From: Phoronis australis
Taxonomy: Eukaryota; Animalia; Phoronida
Assembly: GCA_002633005.1 (NCBI GenBank)
Contig: NMRA01000333.1
Span: 62,001-126,000 of the forward strand
DNA length: 64,000 nucleotides
Direction of reading: 5' to 3'
The position numbers and the translations under genes were made by a program. How positions within the stretch are numbered: position 1 is the stretch's first letter; each line of letters starts with the position of its first letter. A model generated the notes under the pieces. That model was given only the letters and a program-made list of their open reading frames with translations. It had not been told where the DNA came from and did not search any database. Below are positions 26,395 to 38,476 of this stretch, piece by piece.

Positions 26395-26838
26395 ATAATA
26401 CAGTGGCCACCTAGCTAGGCCCAGCAACAAGTAATGAAGCACAGATACAGTCAGTTACTGGGAGTGACAATGAACTAGACCAACAATGACAACCTGTGGT
26501 GTGTCAGTTGCCTATTGAGATTGGGCTTGCACCAACTGATATGTAAAGCCTCACGAATTTTAAGCTCCTTTGTTGTTACTGCCTGGTCTATTATTACAAA
26601 GTCATTGAAAGAGCACTGCTGATAACAATGATTTTGCAATAATAGACCAGGCAGTAACAACAAAGGAGCTTAAAATTCGGGAGGCTTTACATATCAGTTG
26701 GTGCAAGCCCAATCTCAATAGGCAACTGACACACCACAGGTTGTCATTGTTGGTCTAGTTCATTTTCACTCCCTGTAACTGACTGTATCTGTGCTTCATT
26801 ACTTGTTGCTGGGCCTAGCTAGGTGGCCACTGTATTAT

Positions 26839-26886
26839 GACTTCTGAGGATGGTGTTTAATAAATGACACCGAAACATGTCAAGTT
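26839..26886 (+). ncRNA. Minimal type I hammerhead ribozyme (Penelope pLTR type)
   Basis: gactt CTGAGGA t ggtgt-ttaataaatg-acacc GAAAC at GTC aagtt. Core boxes CUGANGA and GAAA, stem II ggtgt/acacc, palindromic ACATGT in stem III, GUC cleavage triplet at 26879-26881, stem I gactt/aagtt. Confidence 0.85.
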
Positions 26887-29398
26887 TTAAAACTGTAGTT
26901 ATTTTCTTGAATATCAAGACTCTGAAGACAATTTAATCAATACACATATGAGCTTTCCCATCCGGGCGCCATTTTGTGGAAATTTCGCAAAATCACGCCA
27001 GTTCCCAGTTCACGAAAAATATCCAAGTGACATAAATTTTACCAATACTTCCAGAAGATGGCATTTCAAAAACAACGAAATGCGGTTGCGGTCTTATACA
27101 GGAAATGCTCCTAACTCGTGTGACGTCACCTAAGCTTATCGGTGGTTTCGCTCGTGGTGAAAAAGTTAACGGCGATGAAAAATTGAAGTTAAAATTCTTC
27201 CCGGTTCCTTTAATCCTACAAAAATGCTTCACCTAGGGTGTGCATATCAAGTAAGGATCGCTGAAGGAAGTAAGAACTTTTATAAGTGACATTTTCAAGT
27301 GTAAAATATAATATGATGAAGCAAAATTCTCTTACTTGGCTGTTTGGATTTTTCTAACCGTCATTACATGAGGCTTAAATGCGTACATAAAACAATGGGG
27401 AGTCTCATCACTCCAATATGACAGACTTGTACCTGTGTATCTGTGCATATGCAAACTTCAGTCATACTGTCAATCGTTTTCCAATCGATGTGACTCCGCA
27501 CATGGGCAGACAACGTCCACCTCCGAAGGGAAATTGGACTTTTGCTCCAATAAAAAGTTTAATGTGGTCCAAAACATCTCTTTTATATCGAAATTTTTTC
27601 TAATTCTTATCTTTTTAGGAATAATTTGATAGTCATCAACAATTTCGAAGCAAAATTCCGTCTAATGCTAAAGATTATATATATGAACATTTCGCACTAA
27701 AAAGGGATTCAGTTTACCAGCAAGCAGTTAGGGGTTGAATGCAGACGATTTTCCTATTCCTCGTTCTTTGTGAATGAAAAAGTAATGTGGTGTGTTTTAA
27801 TTAAAGAAAGTAATCAATCAACCACTTGATGTTGTTGCTAGGAGGTTAAAATTTAGGTCACACCTCTGATGTAAATCCATGTGAAAACTGAACGTTCATT
27901 TCATTAAGAGACGAATCGTGTGGGTGAAGAATTCTCATTGACATATCTCGTTCATCGTATCGTGATCTTTGTCAGTGTTTTCTAATTAGGGATTGTACGG
28001 TACTTTTTCTTATCTGGAACCCACCCTCTGGCACTAGATGGCGCAGTGTGGCAAGGGAGTTCGATTCCCGAGGAATACTTACGTGGTTGTCATATACCGG
28101 AGGTGCCGCTCAGACGAGTGTTTTTCACGACCATAAATCCTTCGAAATAGTACATTTTCTTATGAAAAAATATTTTATTCTCTACAAAGGGTCCTTTTTA
28201 GGCTTGTTGAGTTGTTTAAACCATCATGCTGCTATCTATTGACCAGCTTGATGCTGACTCTCTCGAATTCGCGGTATACGCGTAAATTGTTTCTTTAAAA
28301 CATTGCGTGTCCTCTTGGGGAAACTGAGCAAATCGGTGAATGTACCCTTCACGAGAACACATTGCACCTACACATCGTTTAGATAGCGGGCATTTTATTA
28401 GCGAGTGTTTGTTTGTTAGTTATCTCATTTGTTCTCATTTGAGCAGCTTTGGTCATAATATTTAATTTGATATACACACCATTGCGTCGATTTCAAGTCT
28501 ATAATAACGGTGATTCAATTGGCAGAAGATAGGAGGCGCTTTGTCAACGACTCTTTTCCTGGAATCGTGTCCAACCTCTTACTGGCGTTAGAGTTTGGTT
28601 GTGAACAACTCTGGTTCGTTATGGTCAATCACGATGTGTTCATCCGGTGCATTTAAACCAGCTGAACATAAAAAGCATGATTTACAAACTTACATGACGT
28701 ACCTTGTAACATAATCCAGACGATAAACCCGAGTTGTGAACTCCATGCCTACTGCTCACAATGTCACGAGAACAGAACACTTTGCTTCGGTTTACACCAC
28801 AGCTTGTTTTTCATTTATGTATCTAATAACGCTTATCTAAAAAGGAACAGAGTGCAACTGAAATCATTGAACAGCGATTGAATAAGTATTTGTCTCAGAG
28901 AAAAAATAAAGAAAATGTGAGAAATAATTTTAAAATGTTGAAATACACATGAAAATCAGATCGTAGGTTGGTCTCTCGGTTTGTACATGTATGTCACAAG
29001 TCTTGACATAAGACACAGAGACCATCACGTACATTGCATAACATACAACGTATAGGCATGTTATTAACCAATCTGTAAATACACATTAGCATAATATCAC
29101 ATGCAATCACAGTTTGGAAACCTCGTATCATTTTTTAAACATGAGTTACCAAGGAAAAACATTACGTAGAAATCTATTTTGCAGAAGCAAAAAATGGACA
29201 TTGGTTGCGGGTGCGGCACATCACTGACAAGAAATGCATGGTTTCTCAAGCGGAGTGGAATTATGCAAAAGACTGTTATAAACATAACAGTATAAGTTGG
29301 AGTTCGGTTCTGTCTTTAGCACTTGGAAACACAACATATTGACCTTGTGGAAAATCGACTGAGTATCTGAGCGCTGCATTACGTAACGCTTGCCTTAA

Positions 29399-31162
29399 AG
29401 GCGAAGGCAACCTTTTTCCATGTCATTTTGAGCTAAAATAAGGTTGGTTGGTTATCCTAGACGTATTTCCCACTTAATTACAGCTTTTCGTAATTTTATT
29501 AATTACTCGTCCGCTCCGGAAGTGACGTTTTAGGAGGCAAGCATTTCGCGCCAATTTCTTTTCATATAGTCTGACTGTGAGAGCTGCCGAGTCAGTCATT
29601 GTTCTACCTCGGTTGTGTTAAGGTCCGTTGTCGTGTGCTTTCATTTACTAGTTAGTCAATATGCCACACTGTTGCTGCGTACCAGGATGTACTAATTATC
29701 GGCTCACGCGCGCTTTGGGAGCACCTTTGCATCGCTTTCCGTTGGATGACACACTTCGCCGTACTTGGCTCGTTCGTGTGAAGAACGCAGCGTTACCCGT
29801 CCACGCAACATACAAAGCAGTGAAGAATTACCGTGTGTGTGGCAAGCACTTTCTGCCGTCCGATTACGAAAGGGATTTGTACGCTGAACTGATGAAGGTC
29901 CCTGCGAAACAACGTCTGAAGAAGGATGCTGTTCCGCCTGTGTTGATTCCCGGCAGTGCCCCGTCGCCACCCCCGAGAAGTGCGTTTGTAAAGCCTCGCG
30001 AGCTGTTGCCAGTACAGTGACTGGAGCCAGTGGAGGCACTTCATCTACTGTCACCCGTGCCTCCGAACGTACCCCAGAGCGTGCAATTCCTGGAACCAGT
30101 AGTGATTCGACCTGTGCTGTTTTCTCCAGCCCAGAGCCTCTAAGCAGCCCTGCAGCGATATTGAGTAGTGGGAGTGATTACAAGCTCAGTTCGACACCCA
30201 GTGAAGAGNNNNNNNNNNNNNNNNNNNNNNNNNNNNNNNNNNNNNNNNNNNNNNNNNNNNNNNNNNNNNNNNNNNNNNNNNNNNNNNNNNNNNNNNNNNN
30301 NNNNNNNNNNNNNNNNNNNNNNNNNNNNNNNNNNNNNNNNNNNNNNNNNNNNNNNNNNNNNNNNNNNNNNNNNNNNNNNNNNNNNNNNNNNNNNNNNNNN
30401 NNNNNNNNNNNNNNNNNNNNNNNNNNNNNNNNNNNNNNNNNNNNNNNNNNNNNNNNNNNNNNNNNNNNNNNNNNNNNNNNNNNNNNNNNNNNNNNNNNNN
30501 NNNNNNNNNNNNNNNNNNNNNNNNNNNNNNNNNNNNNNNNNNNNNNNNNNNNNNNNNNNNNNNNNNNNNNNNNNNNNNNNNNNNNNNNNNNNNNNNNNNN
30601 NNNNNNNNNNNNNNNNNNNNNNNNNNNNNNNNNNNNNNNNNNNNNNNNNNNNNNNNNNNNNNNNNNNNNNNNNNNNNNNNNNNNNNNNNNNNNNNNNNNN
30701 NNNNNNNNNNNNNNNNNNNNNNNNNNNNNNNNNNNNNNNNNNNNNNNNNNNNNNNNNNNNNNNNNNNNNNNNNNNNNNNNNNNNNNNNNNNNNNNNNNNN
30801 NNNNNNNNNNNNNNNNNNNNNNNNNNNNTTTTCAGCTTACAACACACTAAACAATCCCTAAATCCAACGTAGTTGAGTTCTCTACTAACCTATCTTGCCG
30901 CGGGATACTCGCCGATGGAAAGTGGTGGTGACAATTGTTGAAAAACAGCACAAAACAAAAGTAGAATAGAACAGATTCGCACGGTAAAGTCAACGCAAAA
31001 CCAAGTGGCGAGAAACGCTTGCCTCCTAAAACGTCACTTCCGGAGTAGCGGACGAGTAATTTATAAAATAACGAAAAGCTGTAATTAAGTGGAAAATATG
31101 TCTAGGATAACCAACCATCCTTATTTTAGCTCAAAATGACATGGAAAAGGTTGCCTTGGCCT
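29399..31162 (+). mobile_element. Kolobok-type DNA transposon with long (~155-bp) TIRs, TTAA TSD and a THAP ORF (internal assembly gap)
   Basis: TTAA at 29395-29398 and 31163-31166; termini AGGCGAAGGCAACC / GGTTGCCTTGGCCT; the TIR extends through ...ttttaggaggcaagc. TTAA, an RR terminus and a THAP domain together fit Kolobok. Confidence 0.8.
29661..30020 (+). CDS. THAP zinc-finger domain, N-terminus of a Kolobok-type transposase (truncated, frameshifted or spliced)
   Basis: MPHCCCVPGCTN...LHRFP...RRTWL...RVCGKHFLPSDYERDL...RLKKDAVPP shows the complete C2CH THAP signature and the AVPT-like box. Confidence 0.85.
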   Translation: MPHCCCVPGCTNYRLTRALGAPLHRFPLDDTLRRTWLVRVKNAALPVHATYKAVKNYRVCGKHFLPSDYERDLYAELMKVPAKQRLKKDAVPPVLIPGSAPSPPPRSAFVKPRELLPVQ

Positions 31163-32483
31163 TTAATAAAATGGTTGGTTATCAGTCGTACAACTAAACA
31201 AATAAAATTGTTAATCAAGGATAACAACTGTGAATAAAACGTGTATAAAGTACAAGTATGCACATAATATGTGATTAACGCTATAAGTAGGTCAATATGT
31301 GATAAGCGCTATAAGTGGGTCAATATTTGTTTTGGCTTCACAAAAACCTCAGTCTCCACTACTCTACTTGTATCTTTTCATTAGTTATGAACATTATACG
31401 GTGAATAATGATTAAGGCCCTTGATAATTTGGAGTGTAGTTTATAAAATGCACCGATCAGGACCCTGTCATAAAAACTGACTTAAAACTTAAGACAAAAA
31501 CTTGATGTTACGTTCCCCGAAACTATTTCTGAAAAACAATTAAATCTAAGTTGAGCGAAAGAGCAAAGTCTCTGTCAGTTGCTGAGGTGGTTGCTATAAA
31601 CTATTTCTGGACTATGATGGGCTCGGCTAAATCTTTATTGAGCAACCGTCACGTGGGCTCGCAACACCACTTTCTGGAAACGGACCCCTGGTGTGTCGTG
31701 ATCATTCTTATGGCATCGTTAGAGACAATAGCGAACGAAAACAATGCCGAGTCATCCATCCATTTAAGCCGAGTGAGTCAACCTGCCCTTCCCCCACCCT
31801 GTGGCCACGGGGCTCCCTCAAAGGCTGCGTCGACTTGGGGTAGCCAGGTGAAACATTGTGGCGACAGGGATGGATGGAAATCGCAAGCTAGGAAACCTGA
31901 GAACCCGGCACTGGAACTAACATCCGTGTTTTGCTTACGAGTTGACGTAATACTTATCGTAGTCTGCGGATATAACACTCATGAAGCTCTCAGTTGTGCG
32001 ATGGCGCATGACAAATATAACTTGTGAGCTGTGATTACGCGGAAAAATATCTAACCAAAGGTGCGAACAATGCGTCTACGTCAGACAAATAGGCATTCCA
32101 GGATTAAGCATTATTTAAAGCTCCATTTATCTCTGTTTTGTTACTCAAAAACGAAAATTGAATTAGGCCTTTTTTCTTTTCTTGAAAATTCGGTCTCATA
32201 ATTTACCTTACTGTGACAGGATCTTATTTCCGTGGCCAACAAGAACATTTAAACCATCAGCGTCTCAAAAAACTTATTGGACTTGAGTTGGTTAGTGAAA
32301 TGGAATTTTATTACGGTAAAGAATAAAACGAAGCCGATTTTAGGAGAGTTCAAGACTTAATTGGTTTTTTGTTTTAGGCAGTCAAACATGGCAAAATGGG
32401 ACTTAGATATTAACTGGTTTGGTAAGGCAAAAGGTTTCTTGAAAGGATCATAAAAGCTGCGATCGTGTTCTTGATGTTACCAA

Positions 32484-32946
32484 AGAGCCATGGAACGGGA
32501 AAGCTCGTCCAAAATATCTTTTAAGCAATTTCTAACGAAAGGACCATCTCCCAACGTCTAGTACAGAGTAACAAAATTCACAATTTTTGAAATACCTGAT
32601 GAGAAAACCTTTGTGGTCACCAAAGTTTCTAATTTCTCTCCCATTTATGATAAAAGCGCATGCGCTTACAAAGGTCACATTTTCCATATAAGGGAAATGT
32701 GCTACGTCTATGTATTGCCATACCAAATATGGAGACGTGATTTGCCTTGTGGGAGAAATATCGACGAAGTGACTAGCAGCTGACAGGTCGTTTTCTTAAA
32801 TTTGAAACTATAAGAAAATGCTTTGAATTAAAAATCTTTAAGAATAAACCCTGAAAATACCTGGTGACCGGATTGAATTCTGTTTCAGTGGCAGACAACC
32901 ACTTTAAATATTGCAATTCAGTATCTTTATTGCGTTTCAGGCCTTT
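32484..32946 (-). mobile_element. Degenerate copy of MITE family C (Kolobok-like, TTAA)
   Basis: Reverse-orientation homology to 49473-50181 and 60185-60831 (agagccatggaacg...aaggtcacattttccatataaggg...ttgcgtttcaggcct). Confidence 0.7.
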
Positions 32947-33505
32947 TTTAAGAGATTGAAAACGCTTAAAAGTTTGGAGGACGTCTGAAATACGCTTACA
33001 AAATCTACTAATTTTGCGTTAACGGCTAATGTTTTTGGAAAAATTAAAAGAGAACGTTGCCTAGTAAGAACTTTTTTTTCTCGCGAGAATTCTTTTCTTT
33101 GCCTCAGACCATACTTCACTTCTTACAAGGCGATTATTTTACTCATGCACCACTATTATTTCCAGAAGGTAATAAATATCTGTGTTAGCATGAAAGGAAG
33201 TGCGTGGGATATAGAGCTCGTGAGAAAAGAATTGTAGTCACGAGAAAAGAACACTGTTGGTGAAAACGTCCATGCGGTTCGTGACGGATGATGAGTAGCT
33301 AATGTCACGGGTTTGCGATTCACAAGAAAATAATAAGACCAGCGGTTGCAGTTCAATCATATACTGTACATATATCAACGATACAGTCACACTTCCGATA
33401 AAAGACTGACTCAAACCACGAGGTCTCCAGAGAACCCCCTTGGGAATTTGCATATCAATGACTAGCCAACAAATACCTTAAAGTAGACGTCACAATGGAC
33501 ATCAG

Positions 33506-33656
33506 CCTCCCGTTCAGTAACGCTAGGACCTCGCTAAAAAGCAAGACTTCGCGAGATTACGTGAGATATTGCCGTGCATTTTAAATGAGAGCACGTGACT
33601 TTGACTAGGTTTTAGCTAGGTCCTAGCGTAGATCTTAGCGTATACTGAACCCACGC
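33506..33656. mobile_element. MITE family A copy (reverse orientation), CAG TSD
   Basis: Reverse-complement homology to the 14770 and 22349 copies; flanked by CAG/CAG. Confidence 0.8.
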
Positions 33657-35011
33657 CAGAATACGAATAGTGACTCGCGCTAACGAGCCAGAGCCCGTTG
33701 CGTAGTTGTCACGGCCGACATTCAATAACGAAAAAACGGAACAACTGGATTGAAAACCGGGACTTCAGGATAAAAAGCGGATTGTCTGGGTTTAAGCTAT
33801 AACGTAAGGGTGAAATGTTCGCTACAACACACGCAGACGTACCGACAGCGTTTTTTGTCGAACGGGAGATGTAACACCCAAAAATGCCAGACACCGTTTT
33901 TGTTGTTGTTTCTGTAGTTGAATGGGAAATTGCGGGTGCCGCAAAAACCCATGAAATGCCCCGTTTTTTTTTAGTTGAGCGGGAAACTATGGTTATTTTG
34001 CGTGGAAAATTACAAATATGATAATGTAGCAATTTGGCCGTGTGTCACAAAGCAGGACATTTAGAAAGTGTGGCGGGATGGCGGAAAACTTAAAAAAGTG
34101 GCATAGCCCACCAAGAGCGAGGCAATTGACAAATACACTGTACGCTGCCAGGGAACCCGAAGTACTAGATTGGGTTCTTTTACTAGGTAAACTTTTCAAT
34201 TTTCNNNNNNNNNNNNNNNNNNNNNNNNNNNNNNNNNNNNNNNNNNNNNNNNNNNNNNNNNNNNNNNNNNNNNNNNNNNNNNNNNNNNNNNNNNNNNNNN
34301 NNNNNNNNNNNNNNNNNNNNCACACACACACACACACACACTCATTTAAACAATTATGATTAATTTTTCAAAAGTATTAGTTACGCAAACACACCTATTT
34401 TTAGGGCCTAAACTTTTCATTTCGGCCAGATGTAACTTCTTCCGTAAAATACTGTAACATGATTTTAACACTCAATAACCTCTCGTTGAAAAACTCTAGG
34501 CATGTAGCATGACAGGTTGTCGAAAGCAGTTCTATGATGGGCTGAAAAGATATCAGAGGCCAAATTACTCCCGGCATTCACCCACGGCCACAGATTAGTG
34601 CTTATAAAGAAAGTACGTCGGGTTCGTTGACTAACCTTGCTGAGAAGTCGCTGATAGTACAGAACGTGCCTCAAGAGTCTCTCTTGATGAACAATAATAA
34701 CAAAATGAAAAGGAAGCAATGAAATTAGACTTGATTTGATAACTACGACTCTTGATCAAAACTCAGTCGAGCAGGCAGCCGGAAATTCTCAGTACAATCT
34801 CTCGCGGCTGGTCTCGGGGTCGCAAGCTCTGATAATAGAACGTACAGGTCACGTGCGGGAGTTGGCATTCCAGGGCTATGGTTCTATGATAGATGCTATC
34901 ACCATCATGACTGAAACTTTTTTACCACATTTCGGTAGGTTGCCGTAGTTAGTCACAATTATACTATAAAACTAATTATTGTAAAAGTTCACAAAGATCT
35001 TTCAAAGGAGT

Positions 35012-36276
35012 AACAAGATACAGTCGAGGAAGCAAAAAAGACTTGAGACAAAAATTGCCACCAGGAAGCGTCACAGTTGTCAAATCCGTCCACAAATTCC
35101 CGTCTTCTTATCAGGCACTCAAAAAACAAAAATATCCACTAGGTGATGCAAAAATACATCAAATCCATACGGAAGTGGAAGACTATTGTCGTCTCCTTAA
35201 TAGAAACCAATTTGGCAACTTTCACGAAAATCCATCGACGAACTCCGAAAATGCAGAGGCAAACGCAAACAAGTAAAACTGCTGCATGAGGGCACAGTGA
35301 TAGTCGAATGGGTCTGAAACGCGTCATAAAATGATGTCAGCTCCATAGGAACACGTCCGCCAAATTTCACAAAGATCCTAAAAAAGGTTAATGAGACACA
35401 GTCGTAGACGGGAAAATGCCATTAGGAGGCGCTAAAGTTGTGGAACACTCCCGTCAGATGCGGCCTTGTCATCAGAAACACAATTGCTAATTTTTAAAAC
35501 GATCATCTCAATAGTTTGGCGAATAGAGAGGCGGACGCCAAAAATGGACTCGAAACTGTTAAAAATCCTCACAGGAGGCGCACAATACGTTTTATGAAAA
35601 TCCATCAAAGAACTCCGAAGATACACAGGAAAGAGTAAAAAAAATAAAATTGCCACTAGAAGACACACCAATCGTCGAATTGGGCTGAATCTCATCATCA
35701 GCTGTTGTTAACTCCATAGAAACATTGCTGCCAATTTTTTTCACACAGTTCCTGCAAAGGGTTAAGGAGATACAGCCGCGGACGTAAAATGAGACAAACT
35801 CTCGACTAGGGGGGCCGGAGTAGTCAAGCACGCCCGAAAATCAAAATCAATTGCGATGTCCTCATCAGAAACACACCATGATCCTTGAGTAGTTTGGCAG
35901 ATAGAAAGACGGGCGCCAAAAAACGAACTCGAAAATTAGAAAACGGCCACTAGCTGGCACAGAATCGTCCAAAGCCATCAGAAAACGGAAAGGTGTCGTC
36001 TCCTTAATAGAAATCTATTTGCTAAATTTCATAAAAATCCATCCAAGAAGTCTAAAGAAACACAGGCAAAGGAAAATAATAAAATTGCCACTAGGAGGCA
36101 TAGCGGTAGCGGAATAGGTCCGAAATTCGTTGTCGTCCGTCTTAAGGTTCATAGGAACACATCTGCCAAATCTCATCAAAATCCTGTGACGCGTTTAGGA
36201 GACAAGACTGCGGACGACGGACGACGGCCGCCAGACGACCAGACAGAGATGACGGCAATATGAGGGCGCATAAAAA
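35012..36276 (+). mobile_element. Second HINE/pearl-like element with ~8-9 tandem ~145-bp units
   Basis: Starts aacaaga; units are homologous to those at 24.4-25.0 kb; ends ggacgacggacgacg...cagacagagatgacggcaata...gggcgcataaaaa. Confidence 0.7.
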
Positions 36277-36835
36277 TGGCATCCCGACGTTACAAAGTAA
36301 ACTGCACTAAGTTTTGACTGAACATAAGATACTCAATAACAACAGATAACTGAAGGTGAAAATAAACAAATTACCAAGGTCAGATAGAAACAGTCGAACA
36401 ATAAATACAATCAACTGGTACCAAAATCATGTTGTAACACTTCAAAAATTAACTTGTGCGCATACTTCTCAACAACATGAATATTCAATAAGTGTTAGAA
36501 CTCTAGATTAAAGTACACGTAACCTTCACTGCAAATGGCGACTATAAGGGTTACCTCAGAACAAATATATCATGTAACCATAACACTACACGAAAACCTC
36601 GCTCATCATGTCGTTCACGCTAGCCGCTATGGGCTTCTTCCTATTCTCCCAAGTACAACCAACAAGTGATCGAAGTACCGTAACTTATACCTTGGCGCAT
36701 GTTAGTGATAAATTTGAGCTGTGCATAACTGAAAATAACAACAAAACAAAATGAGCAATGGACACTTACAGTGCAGATTTTAATCTTGTTCGTTCTCAGT
36801 GAAAACTGAAAACGAAGTAGGGACTCAGTCCTTAA

Positions 36836-38476
36836 AAGGGGACTGTAGTCAAAATAATGTTGCAGTTAATCGGTTCTAACATACAAATAAAACTCACATT
36901 TGCCTGACTTGCGTGCCAAACAAAAGCCAATTCGTATTCATGGTCAAAACACTGAATTCTGAAAGCGATCGCTGATTGGCTGATGTGTCAGTGACGTGAA
37001 CGGCGGGGTATCGGCTGCTTTGCACATTCATTGCTTATGTCATATTTGAAGAGTTTACATCGTAATTTATCATTGTATCAATCGTCCTTATTTTTTTATT
37101 GTTTGCCACAGTGCTGTAAAAGGTTCGCTATGCCTTTTTGTATGGCACCTGGTTGCTCAAACTCTTCGAAAAAGGCGTCTTCTAAAGGGATGGTCATCGC
37201 ATACCATCGCCGGGTTACCCAAGCCTTGGCCCAAAGCTCAGTGTATACTAGATATAGGCCTACAGGTTTAAGCCGATATGGGTAAAAAATGTACAAATAA
37301 AATCTGACTCAAATAAATGTCATTAAAACTAAGTCATCCTTGAGTAAACCTAGGAAACAGGTTCCTAGATTAAACTAACTTCTGTATTTACCGGTGTTGG
37401 AAATGTTAGCGATCGTTCATCGGCTTGTGCTAGTAAAATTGTGATGTGTTTTCTTGAGTCGGCTTTTTGCGATTACGTCACCTGACCTTTACCAGTTTCT
37501 TTTCCCCCTGATTCTTTTATCATGTGTTCGTCGCTGACGGTACCTAGATTGCGTACATGTTATAACAAATTATCGGAGCTTGTTTCATTTTGTTTCAAGT
37601 TTTTAGTATTTTTACACCAGCAAACCGAATTTTAGAACAACCTTGGTGCTGCGAAGCTGTTATGATGTCCCGAAAGACGTCTCAAATTTTTATGAAATGG
37701 CGCGTGCGCCGTGTCACGAGCGTGCTGTTCTTGAAACGGACAACACACTTCTTTGTTAAAAAGGCGGCAAATTATGCTACCAAAGGACGTTTATTTGATT
37801 GTTTTCCACTTAAACGGCTGCAACGAACAATGGAAGTGTCGGGTGACTATATCAGATTTTGCATGCGCCCCCGCCGGTCCGTTAGCTTTATATGTTGATG
37901 TAGCCTAAGTTTTACGACGAGGTGACGAGCATAACTGAGTCAACTATACCCGGGTAGTCAACGGCTGTCTGAAATTTCGGGGTTAACGGAGCTCAACACA
38001 CAGTGGTACGATAGTCTTCATACAGGTACAGTCGGTAACTTACCAACCCTTCAAGTTTACAGAGCTGCCGGAGTATTGGCTGACAACTGGCTGACTGGAT
38101 GGCTAGAGTCCACATTGCCCTCGGCACAGTCACTGACAGCAGTTACACTGGCAAATTTTAGTCTGACGATGACGATGACTAGGTATCACTTTGTGTTGCC
38201 TTGGCTCAAACAGGTATCCCTTGTGACCCGAAATTTCACACTAAAATTTCTTATTCCGACACTATAAAAAACGCTACTTGATTGCACGCTAACACAGGAC
38301 AGTGACTTTGCCCCCGCCAAATACGTCACGAGACTAAGCAGCGCTCCAAGCCGGTAATTTTTTGAGCTTCGTTAGAGAACATAAGTTTAATTTTTGGTGT
38401 TGAATTATTTGTGAAATTAATCAACAATTCATAGAAAACTATCCAGAATTTATTCAGAATAAAATACAGTTCCCTT
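36836..38476 (+). mobile_element. Non-autonomous Kolobok-type element with a THAP remnant
   Basis: TTAA|aaggggactgta ... tacagttccctt|TTAA. Internal MPFCMAPGCSNSSKKASSKGMVIAYHR (ATG 37130) is a THAP N-terminus that is broken afterwards. Confidence 0.7.

Larger units (their letters stand above)
26298..26910. mobile_element. Truncated Penelope-like element: two inverted pLTRs carrying the GIY-YIG C-terminus, with a 12-bp TSD
   Basis: Arms 26321-26607 and 26626-26912 are near-perfect inverted copies. Each encodes FxIIDQAVTTKELKIREALHISWCKPNLNRQL (Penelope GIY-YIG end). ATATCAAGACTC is duplicated at 26286-26297 and 26911-26922, and the left arm has an extra tail at 26298-26320. Confidence 0.88.

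Noticed and set aside
28588-28661. Minus-strand terminal-exon-like segment (GLNAPDEHIVIDHNEPELFTTKL-stop)
   Set aside because: Good acceptor, but no upstream partner exon or homology could be identified.
29184-29294. MDIGCGCGT resembling SAM-methyltransferase motif I after an acceptor
   Set aside because: The frame closes after 36 codons and no other methyltransferase exons were found.
30017-30872. Long ORFs of 234-277 aa in the ORF track
   Set aside because: Artefacts of the N gap at 30209-30828; the same applies to ORFs crossing 34205-34320.
31551-32027. 158-aa ORF, vaguely like a piggyBac transposase N-terminal remnant
   Set aside because: Non-ATG start, no catalytic motifs and no convincing TIR/TSD pair found.
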